Shown in pieces: positions 41,187-50,390 of a stretch of 64,000 nt of DNA. Below the pieces are notes generated by a model that did no database searches, had not been told where the DNA came from, and was given only the letters and a program-made list of their open reading frames with translations. Within the stretch, counting starts at the first letter, position 1. Each line of letters opens with the position of its first letter. The stretch is from the NCBI GenBank assembly GCA_043826355.1, contig JBDRQI010000003.1, forward strand, positions 1 to 64,000, given 5' to 3'. A program made the position numbers and the translations under genes. Source of the DNA: Candidatus Omnitrophota bacterium. GTDB taxonomy: Bacteria > Ratteibacteria > UBA8468 > MWAK01.

Positions 41187-42623
41187 TTATAAAGCGGTTT
41201 GCAGACGATGAAGCACTTTTTCCCTGCCCAATAAAGATAGCGTTTCAAAAAGGCCCGGTCCCACCGTTTGCCCGGTTACGGCCACCCGCAGCGGGTGAAA
41301 AACCGCACTTGTCTTCAGGTTTTGACCCGTACAGTAATCACGAATGATTTTCTCCAGATTGACCGTAGAAAAATCGGCCTCTTTTTTCAGCAGTTGGTTT
41401 ACGTCGGTCAGTATTTTCCCCGCGCCTTCTTTTTGCAAAATTTTTACCTTTGCCTTAGCATCATATTCAACCTCTTCCTTCAGAAATATCTTGGCTGCTT
41501 CCGGTAAATCGGAAAATTTCTTAACGCGTTCACCCATTACGGTAATAACCCGGGCAAGATATTCCCTTTCTTCCGGAAGAACCGTCTCGGAAATCAGGCC
41601 GGCCTCCCGCAGAAAAGGCAGGCTTAAATCAACCAACCGGCTTAAATCCGCCTTATGGAAGTAAAGTCCGTTCATCCAGGTCAATTTTGCCAGGTCAAAG
41701 ATGGCCGCTCCCTCTTTGCAGCGTTCCAGGCTGAATTCTTGAATTAATTCGGCCGGCGTGAATATTTCCTTGTCTTCGGTGGTCCCCCAACCCAGAAGCG
41801 CCAGATAGTTAAAGACCGCTTCCGGCAGAAACCCCTGGATTCTCAGTTCGCGCAGTGAGGTGGCGCCGTGCCTTTTGGAAAGACGGCTGCCATCCGGACC
41901 AAGGGTCATGGCCATGTGGGCAAAAAAAGGCGGTGTTTTACCGAATGCTTCAAAAAGAAGTATGTGCCGGGGTGTGTTGGAAATATGGTCTTCACCGCGG
42001 AATACGTGCGTTATTTCCATGGTAATATCGTCCAGGACAACTGCAAAATGAAAGGCCGGTTTTCCGTCCGATTTCATGATTATCAGGTCACCCATCAAAG
42101 CGGTATCAAAAGTAATCTCTCCGCGGATTAAATCATTAAAGGTGACTTTTCTTTCCGGCAACCGGAATCGGACGACCGGTTTCCGGCCTTCTTTTTCAAA
42201 AGCGGCTTTCTGTTCCCCGGTAAGCGAGCGGCAGCGGTTATCATAGCGTGGGCTTTCCTTCCGCTGCATCTGCGCCTGGCGCATTGCCTCCAGTTCCTCC
42301 GGCGCGCAGTAACAGAAATAGGCCTTTTCCTCTTTCAGCAAACGCTGTGCTGCCTCTTGATATATTTCCAGGCGTTCCGACTGTCGGTAGGGATTGAAAA
42401 GACCGCCTATATCCGGGCCTTCGTCCCAATCCAGGCCCAGCCAGGTCAGGTCCTCTAAAATTATTTTTTCATATTCCGGCTTGCTTCGTTCCGGGTCAGT
42501 ATCCTCAATGCGTAAAATGAAAGAACCCTTATTCTTGCGCGCCAGAAGGTAATTAAAAAGTGCAGTTCTGGCGTTTCCGATATGCAGGTATCCGGTTGGA
42601 CTCGGCGCAAACCTTACTCTCAT
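41187..42623 (-). CDS. gltX: glutamate--tRNA ligase
   Basis: RFAPSPTGYLHIGN, RIEDTD, RGEDH, RLSKR. Confidence 0.97.
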   Translation of the reverse strand: MRVRFAPSPTGYLHIGNARTALFNYLLARKNKGSFILRIEDTDPERSKPEYEKIILEDLTWLGLDWDEGPDIGGLFNPYRQSERLEIYQEAAQRLLKEEKAYFCYCAPEELEAMRQAQMQRKESPRYDNRCRSLTGEQKAAFEKEGRKPVVRFRLPERKVTFNDLIRGEITFDTALMGDLIIMKSDGKPAFHFAVVLDDITMEITHVFRGEDHISNTPRHILLFEAFGKTPPFFAHMAMTLGPDGSRLSKRHGATSLRELRIQGFLPEAVFNYLALLGWGTTEDKEIFTPAELIQEFSLERCKEGAAIFDLAKLTWMNGLYFHKADLSRLVDLSLPFLREAGLISETVLPEEREYLARVITVMGERVKKFSDLPEAAKIFLKEEVEYDAKAKVKILQKEGAGKILTDVNQLLKKEADFSTVNLEKIIRDYCTGQNLKTSAVFHPLRVAVTGQTVGPGLFETLSLLGREKVLHRLQTAL

Positions 42624-42649
42624 TATTTCCCCCAGGTATTGAAAATTTA

Positions 42650-42772
42650 ACCGCAGAGCACGCAGAGCACGCCGAGAATTACTAAAGATAAAGGTTAAAT
42701 ATTATTACTGTTTTTTCTTCAAGTTTTCTTTCTTGCTTCGTACTTCTCTGCGGACTCAGCGGTCTCTGCGGT
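42650..42772. repeat. inverted 9-mer tandem-repeat element
   Basis: (CGCAGAGCA)x3-like arm ... (CTCTGCG)x3-like arm around an AT-rich core. Confidence 0.85.
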
Positions 42773-42782
42773 GCATCTTTTA

Positions 42783-43259
42783 TTATTTTACAGAACCCAA
42801 AGTAACGATTGCGAATGAAGAAATTGCCTGTCCTTTTCCGACTTCAGCCAGACCTTCGTTGGTTTTAAATTTGACACCGACCATTTCCGTACCTATCTTC
42901 AAAGCACCGGCTATTCCGGCTTGTATCTCGCCCCGAAAAGGGGAGAGGGAGGGTTGCTGGCAGACCAACACGGTATCTACCTGTTTAACCTTCATCCTTT
43001 TCCGAACGGCTATCCTTCTGGTTCTTTCCAACAACTCCAGACCGGAAATTCCTTTCCACCTGGGGTCGGTATCCGGAAAATGAACTCCGATATCCCCGAA
43101 AGCCATTGCGCCCAGTATCGCGTCGGCGATGGCGTGGCAAAGCACGTCTCCGTCGCTATAACCTAACGGCCCTTTGGCAAACGGAATCTTTACCCCGGCG
43201 ATAACCAGCGGTCTTCCTTTAACCAGGCGGTGGATATCCGAACCGATTCCTATTCTCAT
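42783..43259 (-). CDS. ispF: MECDP synthase
   Basis: RIGIGSDIH, SDGDV, GDIGVHFPD, KTNEG. Confidence 0.96.
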   Translation of the reverse strand: MRIGIGSDIHRLVKGRPLVIAGVKIPFAKGPLGYSDGDVLCHAIADAILGAMAFGDIGVHFPDTDPRWKGISGLELLERTRRIAVRKRMKVKQVDTVLVCQQPSLSPFRGEIQAGIAGALKIGTEMVGVKFKTNEGLAEVGKGQAISSFAIVTLGSVK

Positions 43260-43269
43260 AAAAGATATG

Positions 43270-43821
43270 TTACGGTTTAAAAAGTTTGGAATCTTTTTTT
43301 ATCGTCTTAAAATAATTAAGTAATTCTTCGGCTATTTCGGGTGAATCAATCAGTAAATTCGCTTCCCAATTTTTGCTAAGAGAGTAGTACGCCCAATTGG
43401 TGCTGCCCAGAAGGACCAGCCGCCGGTCAACCACTAAAAATTTGGCGTGCAGGGTTTTTTGGGGGTTGTCAAGGTATACCCTAACTTTACCTTTAGCTAA
43501 TTTCGGGGCGACCTCTAGATTGTAAGCACTGTTATCTTCGTTATAATTTTTTGACTGCTCCAGGCACACTTCAACATTTATGCCTCTCTTGGCGGCCAGA
43601 ATCAACCCGTCAATTAAAAGATTGGAAGGACTTTGAGGGTATTTCGGGTAATAACGAATTTCAAAAACGGCGAAATTAATCGATTCTTTAGCCCCCTCAA
43701 TTGCCTTCAAAGCCGCCGGGTAATACTGCCTGTCAAGGATTACCTTAACCGACTCGGCTTGAATCCTAACCGGATTGAAGGCAAATGCGAGAAAAAAGAA
43801 CAGCCAGAAAAATCTTTTCAT
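43270..43821 (-). CDS. exported phospholipase D-like (single HKD, Nuc-type) protein
   Basis: signal peptide; HAKFLVVD...GSTNW...NWE. Confidence 0.88.
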   Translation of the reverse strand: MKRFFWLFFFLAFAFNPVRIQAESVKVILDRQYYPAALKAIEGAKESINFAVFEIRYYPKYPQSPSNLLIDGLILAAKRGINVEVCLEQSKNYNEDNSAYNLEVAPKLAKGKVRVYLDNPQKTLHAKFLVVDRRLVLLGSTNWAYYSLSKNWEANLLIDSPEIAEELLNYFKTIKKDSKLFKP

Positions 43822-44645
43822 TGATATTGACGAATCATTTTAGTCAGGTCAACCTTTCCTTCGTAAAGCGCTTTACCGATAATGATTCCTTTAAGGTTGG
43901 GCACATTTAGCTGAACCAGCCGGGCAATATCTTCTTCGCCGCCGATGCCGCCGGCGGCAATCAGCGAAATTTTCGGTACGGCCAGCGCCAGTTGTTGCAT
44001 TCCCGCCACATCCGGGCCCAGCAAGGTGCCGTCCTGTTCAACCGAGGTAACGACCATCTGACGAAAACCGAACTCCTGGAAATTTTCAGCCATCTTTTCC
44101 GGCCGGGGCGGCAGGGTTAACTCCCAGCCGCTTATCGCCACCGCGCCCTTTTTGCAATCCAGACCGATGATTACTTTTTCAATAAGTTTGGCACGTACTA
44201 TGTCCTGGATAAGGCTGGAGTAGGGCAGGTCAACTTCAACGATAAAATCACCCAGTGATTTGGGGTAATTAATCTTAAGACGTTCTTCGTTAATCTTGAT
44301 TGCGTCCAGCATCGCGGCTGTTCCCAGAATGACGTAATCAACCCCCCACCCCAGCAAGCGTTGTATCTCATCTATTGTCCGGATACCGCCCCCCACTTCT
44401 ACCTGAAGATTAAACCGTTTTTTCTCCTTCAGAAGTTCCAATAGAATCGGGTCTTCTTCCAACGGGCGCAGCCCTTCCCGGGCCGCGCCCAAAAAAACAA
44501 GGTGAATACGCTGCGCCCCGGATTCGGCATATTTCCGGAACGTTTCCCCGGGGGAAAGACCGTAGTCGGTTACCTGCTGATAATTACCTTGAGTCAGACG
44601 CACTAGCCGTTTTTCCAAAATGTCAATTGCCGGAATAATCAGCAT
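43818..44645 (-). CDS. hisA: ProFAR isomerase (divergent)
   Basis: IIPAID, VRLTQG, GGGIR, DGTLLG, IIGKALYEG. Confidence 0.88.
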   Translation of the reverse strand: MLIIPAIDILEKRLVRLTQGNYQQVTDYGLSPGETFRKYAESGAQRIHLVFLGAAREGLRPLEEDPILLELLKEKKRFNLQVEVGGGIRTIDEIQRLLGWGVDYVILGTAAMLDAIKINEERLKINYPKSLGDFIVEVDLPYSSLIQDIVRAKLIEKVIIGLDCKKGAVAISGWELTLPPRPEKMAENFQEFGFRQMVVTSVEQDGTLLGPDVAGMQQLALAVPKISLIAAGGIGGEEDIARLVQLNVPNLKGIIIGKALYEGKVDLTKMIRQYQ

Positions 44646-45613
44646 AGATTCAGACCCTCCACGATTAATTCTATCTCCGGATATAAAACCGGCTTAGCCA
44701 GATTAACCGAAGGAAAACGGACACTGTCTTTTCCGGTAATAACTAAAAAATCCGCCTCTTTCAAAGGAATTTTTTGTATCTCCTGCGCCGAATAAAAATG
44801 ATGGTCGGCGAAAAGAGAAGCCCCGACTACCAAAATTCCTGTTTTTTTCATTTTTTTGATAAAACTCTGCGGGTCGCCGATTGCGGCGCAGAGCCATACC
44901 TTTTTGCCGGCCATGCCTTCAAGCGATACTGATTCTCCGGATAAAGAACGAAATCTCCGGTAATGATAATGACTTTTAACCACTGACGCCTTCGGATTAA
45001 ACCTAATCAGTTCCTTCCGAAAACTATCCGACTCTTTTTCGCTAACCAGGTCTGTTTGATTAAGCCAGACAAGATCGGCCCGGCGAATATTGGCTAACGG
45101 CTCCCGCAAAGGCCCGGCCGGCAAGAGACGGCCGTTTCCCAAACGGCTAGCGCAATTAAAGACCAGGATATTATAATCGCGGTGCAGGCGCAGGGCGTGG
45201 AAAGCGTCGTCCAAAATAATTACTTCGGCGCCAAACTTTTCACAGGCAACCTGCGCCTGAACCTCGCGGCGCCGACCCGACAGAACCGGGATACCGGGCA
45301 GGTTTTGCGCCAGAAGATAGGCCTCGTCTCCGGCCTGCCGTATGTCTGTTAAGATACTCCTTCCGTCGGAAACGACCAGACCTTCACGACTGCCGCTGAC
45401 ACCATGACTGATAACCGCCACCCGCTTTCCTTGTCCGCGAAAATAATTAGCCAGGTACTGGGTGACGGTAGTCTTTCCGGTTCCACCCGTGGTAATATTA
45501 CCTACGCTGACCACCAGAGCCGGAACCCGGACTTTTTCCAAAAATCCTTTCTGATAAAGAAGCCGCCGGGTCTCCGAAAATAAATAGTACAGCGGTGTTA
45601 AAAAAGTTAGCAT
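44639..45613 (-). CDS. lpxK: tetraacyldisaccharide 4'-kinase
   Basis: SVGNITTGGTGKT, GDE, LDDAFH, LLPAGPLRE, FADHH. Confidence 0.94.
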   Translation of the reverse strand: MLTFLTPLYYLFSETRRLLYQKGFLEKVRVPALVVSVGNITTGGTGKTTVTQYLANYFRGQGKRVAVISHGVSGSREGLVVSDGRSILTDIRQAGDEAYLLAQNLPGIPVLSGRRREVQAQVACEKFGAEVIILDDAFHALRLHRDYNILVFNCASRLGNGRLLPAGPLREPLANIRRADLVWLNQTDLVSEKESDSFRKELIRFNPKASVVKSHYHYRRFRSLSGESVSLEGMAGKKVWLCAAIGDPQSFIKKMKKTGILVVGASLFADHHFYSAQEIQKIPLKEADFLVITGKDSVRFPSVNLAKPVLYPEIELIVEGLNLC

Positions 45614-45625
45614 CAATATTCATTG

Positions 45626-45766
45626 GGACGCAGATTACCGCAGATAATCGCGGATACGGATTTAAAGACTATTTTTAGAGAATTACTAAGAAACACTTTA
45701 AAAAAATATCATTTAGCATTATCCGGTCATCTGCGTACTGTTTTAATTTCTTAGTAATCTGCATCC
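45626..45766. repeat. inverted 10-mer tandem-repeat element
   Basis: GGACGCAGATTACCGCAGATAATCGCGGATA...CATCTGCG...GTAATCTGCATCC; same arm as the outer layer at 766-916. Confidence 0.8.
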
Positions 45767-46990
45767 TCAAAAAAGCGTTGGCTGCTTTATGACGGATTCC
45801 GGCATTATTTCAACTTTGCCGAATTCGCCGTCGTAACCGGGTTCCACTTTAACCCGGCCCCGGCGCACCGAAATGATGGCGGCTGCTATCTCCGGTTCCA
45901 CCTTGTTTTCAATCTCCGATTCCGATAATGAAAGCAGAATTTCAAACTCCGGCGCCAGGCTGCTGACCAGTTTCCGGTATTTCTCTTTAACCACCGGGCT
46001 GTCCACCGGTCTCTTCAGGACAAAAGCGATAATCTGGTCAAGGGGCACCATTCGTCGAAAAGGAACACTGCTCTCCGGAACGGTGCCTTCCGGCCGGTCC
46101 GCTAATTCTACGACCCGGTGCAGTACGCCGACGGTGACCTTCCGGCCGCAAACCGGACAAAGATTTTTGCCCGCAATGGCTTTTTCCGGCGGAAGGGAAG
46201 ATTTGCAAAAGCGATGTCCGTCATAGTGATATTTCCCCTCTTCCGGAAAATACTCCACGGTATACAGGAATCTTTCCTTATCTTTTGTTTTCAGAACGTC
46301 AACAATTTCGCGGTAATCAAGAGCTTTGCTGAAAACGTTAACTTCCCGGCCAATTTTGGCCGGTGAATGAGCGTCGGAATTTGATATCAGAGAGTAGGCA
46401 TCCAAACACGAAAGCCGCCAATTCATCGCCGGGTCGCTGGAAAGACCGGTCTCCAGGGCAAATACTTCCGATAATCTTTTGGGAAAACAATCTTCGATCC
46501 GGTCAAAACCACTGTTGGAGCCAAACAGAGAGAAATGAGGAGTCCAGATATGGGCCGGGACCACAAAACCGACCTCGGCGGCATCTTTTACCCGGCCAAT
46601 CAGGTCATCCGCGGAAAGCTGCAGCATCGGACGTCCATCGGAACCAAGGCTGCCGTAGGCGGCAAGTTTCAACGAAAGCCGCTCAGCTGCTTCCAGGTCA
46701 GGCAAAAAGATAACATTGTGTATTCTTTTGATGGAATTACGGCTGGGGAAAATATTGCATACCTCAGCGGTCAGGATAAACCGGAGCCCCCGGTAAGCAT
46801 AAATCCCGTCTGCGGCCGGTTGCAGCTTTTTTCTCAGTTCCTGAAACCAGACCGGATGGGTAAAATCCCCGGTTCCTACCAGGGATATTCCTTTTTCCTG
46901 GGCCGCCTGGGCCAGATGCTCCAGGTCCATATTCAGGCTGGTAGCACGGGAATATTTAGAATGAATATGAAAATCAGCGATGAAAGACAT
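45767..46990 (-). CDS. endonuclease Q family (PHP domain + Zn finger) protein
   Basis: ADFHIHSKYSRATS, GTGDFTHP, AHIWTP, SNSDAHS, CPVCG, PGYDGEFG. Confidence 0.9.
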   Translation of the reverse strand: MSFIADFHIHSKYSRATSLNMDLEHLAQAAQEKGISLVGTGDFTHPVWFQELRKKLQPAADGIYAYRGLRFILTAEVCNIFPSRNSIKRIHNVIFLPDLEAAERLSLKLAAYGSLGSDGRPMLQLSADDLIGRVKDAAEVGFVVPAHIWTPHFSLFGSNSGFDRIEDCFPKRLSEVFALETGLSSDPAMNWRLSCLDAYSLISNSDAHSPAKIGREVNVFSKALDYREIVDVLKTKDKERFLYTVEYFPEEGKYHYDGHRFCKSSLPPEKAIAGKNLCPVCGRKVTVGVLHRVVELADRPEGTVPESSVPFRRMVPLDQIIAFVLKRPVDSPVVKEKYRKLVSSLAPEFEILLSLSESEIENKVEPEIAAAIISVRRGRVKVEPGYDGEFGKVEIMPESVIKQPTLF

Positions 46991-47468
46991 GGCTTAATTC
47001 GTCGTAAAGCGCATCCAGAGAATCCGGCAGGGATTTGATGCCGCTGACCGCCGGCATAAAATTGGTATCTCCAGCCCAGCGGGGAATGACGTGTACGTGA
47101 AGATGACCGGCGATTCCGGCGCCGGCTGCCTTACCCATATTAAGACCGACATTTAAACCTTCCGGTTTCAGCGTTTTCTTCAATCCCTCATTTGCCATTT
47201 TAATCAGAGAGAATAGTTCCTTCGCTTCTTCCGATTTCAGTACCGACAGGTCTTTCAAGTGCCGGTTGGGAAGAACCATCAGGTGTCCGTTATTATAGGG
47301 AAAACGGTTTAAAATTATGAACGCGCCCGCACCACGGAAAACAATCAGGTTCTTCCGGTCATCATTTTCCCGTATCACCCGGCAGAATAGACATGCCTTA
47401 TCTTTGTTGGGCTGAATTACGTAACCCTTGCGCCAGGGAGCCCAAAGTACATTATTTTCTTTAGCCAT
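46974..47468 (-). CDS. HIT family hydrolase
   Basis: LWAPWR, CLFC, FPYNNGH, HLHVHVIPRW. Confidence 0.93.
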   Translation of the reverse strand: MAKENNVLWAPWRKGYVIQPNKDKACLFCRVIRENDDRKNLIVFRGAGAFIILNRFPYNNGHLMVLPNRHLKDLSVLKSEEAKELFSLIKMANEGLKKTLKPEGLNVGLNMGKAAGAGIAGHLHVHVIPRWAGDTNFMPAVSGIKSLPDSLDALYDELSHVFHR

Positions 47469-47519
47469 TATTGAAAGATATAATACAACAAATCCGGACA
47501 AAACGCAAAACGAATTTTC

Positions 47520-47548
47520 TTGACTTTTTTGACGGAAAAAGGTATATT
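47520..47548 (+). promoter_or_regulatory. promoter of tRNA-Gly
   Basis: TTGACT-17nt-TATATT. Confidence 0.6.
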
Positions 47549-47571
47549 TTAGCGATTACGCAGGGATTGAC

Positions 47572-47642
47572 GCGGGGTTAGTTTAGTGGTAAAACTACAG
47601 CCTTCCAAGCTGTTAATGAGGGTTCGATTCCCTCACCCCGCT
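47572..47642 (+). tRNA. tRNA-Gly (TCC), CCA not encoded
   Basis: acceptor GCGGGGT/ACCCCGC; anticodon arm ACAGC-CTTCCAA-GCTGT; T arm GAGGG-TTCGATT-CCCTC. Confidence 0.96.
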
Positions 47643-48586
47643 CTGAAAGAAAGGCGCAGAGCTAGTTTAATTGCCGCTTCCATGCTGCGGCTATCCGCGC
47701 GATTTTTGTAGGCCAGACCGAATGCCGTACCGTGGTCCGGACTGGTACGGATAAAAGGCAGGCCAACGGTAATATTAACTCCCCGGTCAAAATAGAGCGC
47801 CTTAAACAAAGGCAGAATCTGGTCGTGGTAGGCGGATACCATCAGTTGAAACCCTCCCTGGCAATAAATACGGTAAGCGGAATCGGCCGGAACCGGTCCG
47901 GAAATATTCAGACCTTCTTTTAACAATAACTCCGTAGCCGGTTTAAAAATGGTCTTCTCTTCTTTTCCGAGGCAGCCTCCTTCGCCGGCGTGAGGATTCA
48001 AACCGCAAATCAGAATTTTTGGATTTTTGATTCCCAGGCTGGACTTTAAAAAACGGTTGGCAAGCTTCACCTTACGGAAAATCAGATCCGCGGTTATCTT
48101 CCGGGAAACATCGGAGAGAGAAAGATGGGCGGTCAGAAGAATGAAGCGAAATTTTCCGGCTGAAAAGAGCATTCCATAATCGGCAATGCCGAATTTTTCC
48201 GCCAGAACCTCGGTATGGCCGCAGAATTTGAAACCGGCCAGATTAATCGCTTCTTTGGAAACCGGAGCGGTAACCAATGCTTGAATTTTGCCGCTTTTCA
48301 AAAAAGAGATTGCATCCGAAAAATATCCGTAAGCGGCCTTTCCGGTTAAGGAGTTGACCTCTCCGACGGTAAATGTCCGGGTGTTGATTATTCCGGAGCT
48401 GATAACTGCAACGCCTTTTGGCACCGCCAACCGGGTACGCTTCAAAACCGGTCCGTCTCCGAAAAGCAAAAATTTTGTCTCCGGACCGGCTTTAATACCG
48501 GCCAGCGCTTTTAACGTAACCTCCGGACCGATGCCGGCTGGGTCACCAATAGTAATACCTAAAGAGATTTCAGTCCGCTTCCTCAA
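47633..48586 (-). CDS. pdxA: 4-hydroxythreonine-4-phosphate dehydrogenase family
   Basis: GDPAGIGPE, GHTE, GLNPHAGE, YHDQ, RTSPDHGTA. Confidence 0.95.
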   Translation of the reverse strand: MRKRTEISLGITIGDPAGIGPEVTLKALAGIKAGPETKFLLFGDGPVLKRTRLAVPKGVAVISSGIINTRTFTVGEVNSLTGKAAYGYFSDAISFLKSGKIQALVTAPVSKEAINLAGFKFCGHTEVLAEKFGIADYGMLFSAGKFRFILLTAHLSLSDVSRKITADLIFRKVKLANRFLKSSLGIKNPKILICGLNPHAGEGGCLGKEEKTIFKPATELLLKEGLNISGPVPADSAYRIYCQGGFQLMVSAYHDQILPLFKALYFDRGVNITVGLPFIRTSPDHGTAFGLAYKNRADSRSMEAAIKLALRLSFRAG

Positions 48587-49403
48587 AGTAATATTTTATC
48601 TCTGTTTTCGTTCTTAAATTGTTTATCAGTTCCTGGTAAGCAGTTATATATTTTTCGCGGAAAAGAAGTTGTTTTGCTTTCAGGGCGAAAGAAAAAGAAT
48701 CAAAATCGGCCGGTTGCTTTATTTCCGTAATTTTAAAGATGACATAGGTATCGTTAAAAAAGACAACCTGCGAAAATTCCCCAACCGCTAAACCGCTTAT
48801 CGCCCCCTGGATCTGTTCGGAAAGTTCCGGAAAAGAGATAAAGCCAAGGTCCTTCATTCTCTCTTCGATAGCGGAATGTTTTTCCGGAATCTCCGCGCGG
48901 GTGGCAAAAACGGCTTCCGAAAGACGCAAGTCGCTCTTCTGCCGCATTAGTTCATCGTGGTGATCATGCAGATAAACTTCTAATTCCTTCGGGTTAACTC
49001 TGATTTTAGCTAAAATTTCTGCCTGGATGAAAAGGCGCACCATAATCTGTCGTTCGATGCGGCGGCGCAGGACGGTAGGGGTCAACGATTCATCCTTAAG
49101 GCGCTGATAAAAACGGACCGGGTCCGGGAAAAGACGCATAATTCGTTCATACTCACCATCGACATCTTTTTGAGAAACTTCCATTTTTTGTTTTTTGGCT
49201 TCTAAAAAAATCAGGCGTTCTTCAACCAGTCTTTCGACGGCCGCTTTTCGGGATTCGCCGGATTGAATAATGTCCTGAAGATCGGTTGAGGTTATCACCT
49301 CATCGCCCACCCGGACCAGCGAAATTTCGGACCGGCAGATGACCGGGAAAAATAAAGAAACAATAAGCAAGACTGTATAAATTTTAGAATTCCATTTTTT
49401 CAA
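48570..49403 (-). CDS. SurA-like periplasmic chaperone
   Basis: signal peptide; VGDEVITSTD SurA N-domain; DLGF degenerate parvulin; next to pdxA. Confidence 0.8.
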   Translation of the reverse strand: MKKWNSKIYTVLLIVSLFFPVICRSEISLVRVGDEVITSTDLQDIIQSGESRKAAVERLVEERLIFLEAKKQKMEVSQKDVDGEYERIMRLFPDPVRFYQRLKDESLTPTVLRRRIERQIMVRLFIQAEILAKIRVNPKELEVYLHDHHDELMRQKSDLRLSEAVFATRAEIPEKHSAIEERMKDLGFISFPELSEQIQGAISGLAVGEFSQVVFFNDTYVIFKITEIKQPADFDSFSFALKAKQLLFREKYITAYQELINNLRTKTEIKYYFEEAD

Positions 49404-50286
49404 GGTTGGCCTCCATCGTCTTAATTTTGGATTTTGCCCTCAGGCTGACCAGAAAATCCTTAAAATTCTTTTCGCCGTACTTGCTGTACATAATCTTTTT
49501 AAGCAGCGGGGTGGACTCTTCATAACTCAGCTGGCGGCTGGGAATGTTCTGCCCGGCCATCAAGATGTAATATCCGGCTTCGGTCGATATGGGCGGACTG
49601 ACCTGTCCCGGTGACAGCGAAAAAGCAACCCGGGCCAATCGCTCCGACAATTTACCTTCACGCACAAAACCAAGGTCTCCGCCCCGGCTCTTACTCGGCG
49701 CTTCGGAATATTTGCGCGCCAGGTCTTCAAAACTTTCCCCCTTGCGGTGCCGGTCGCCGATATTTTCCGCAGTCTTCAGGTCGCTCACCATTATTTCGTA
49801 CAGATGGATGCTGGCCGGTTGAATAAAATCCATCGGATGTGATTGATAGTATTGGCGCATATCTTTTTCCGGGATGTCCGGATTTTCCAGTATCTCTTTT
49901 TGCACATACTCCTGAACTACAAAATCTTTTCTTAATTCTTCCAACCGTTTTTCAATATCGCGGTTCCGGGCGTAACCGCTGCGCCTGGCCTGCTGATAAA
50001 CCAATTCCCGGTCAATCAAATCCTGCAGAAACTGGCTGCGGTTGCCTGTTACGTACGCCTGATAGAACTCCGGAACCGCGGCCATCTGTTTTCTAAAATC
50101 GGAAACCCGGATCCGGTGACCATCAACCACCGCCAGGGTCAAATCCTGACTGCGCTTTTCCATAATTGTCTTTACCGCCACACCCGCAATCGCAAACACA
50201 GTCAGGGCCGCAACTACAATCAAAAGCAACCGTTGTTTCTTCAGCCACCACACCTTTAACTGCTTTAGAATAATTTCAATCTTCAT
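49384..50286 (-). CDS. parvulin-type peptidyl-prolyl isomerase
   Basis: N-terminal TM; FEDLARKYS, GGDLG, VSPPI. Confidence 0.9.
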   Translation of the reverse strand: MKIEIILKQLKVWWLKKQRLLLIVVAALTVFAIAGVAVKTIMEKRSQDLTLAVVDGHRIRVSDFRKQMAAVPEFYQAYVTGNRSQFLQDLIDRELVYQQARRSGYARNRDIEKRLEELRKDFVVQEYVQKEILENPDIPEKDMRQYYQSHPMDFIQPASIHLYEIMVSDLKTAENIGDRHRKGESFEDLARKYSEAPSKSRGGDLGFVREGKLSERLARVAFSLSPGQVSPPISTEAGYYILMAGQNIPSRQLSYEESTPLLKKIMYSKYGEKNFKDFLVSLRAKSKIKTMEANLEKMEF

Positions 50287-50390
50287 CTTATCTCCTTTTT
50301 CAAATAATATGCAAAGTGAGCAATCCTAAAATGACCATATTACCTTTACGCGTTTTAGAATTGTCTGTTTTTGTTGTTATTTCCTCACAC

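Noticed and set aside
42925..42955. CCCCGAAAAGGGGAGAGGGAGGG in ispF resembling the ispG repeat
   Set aside because: It encodes the normal IspF QxPxLSP region with no extra length.
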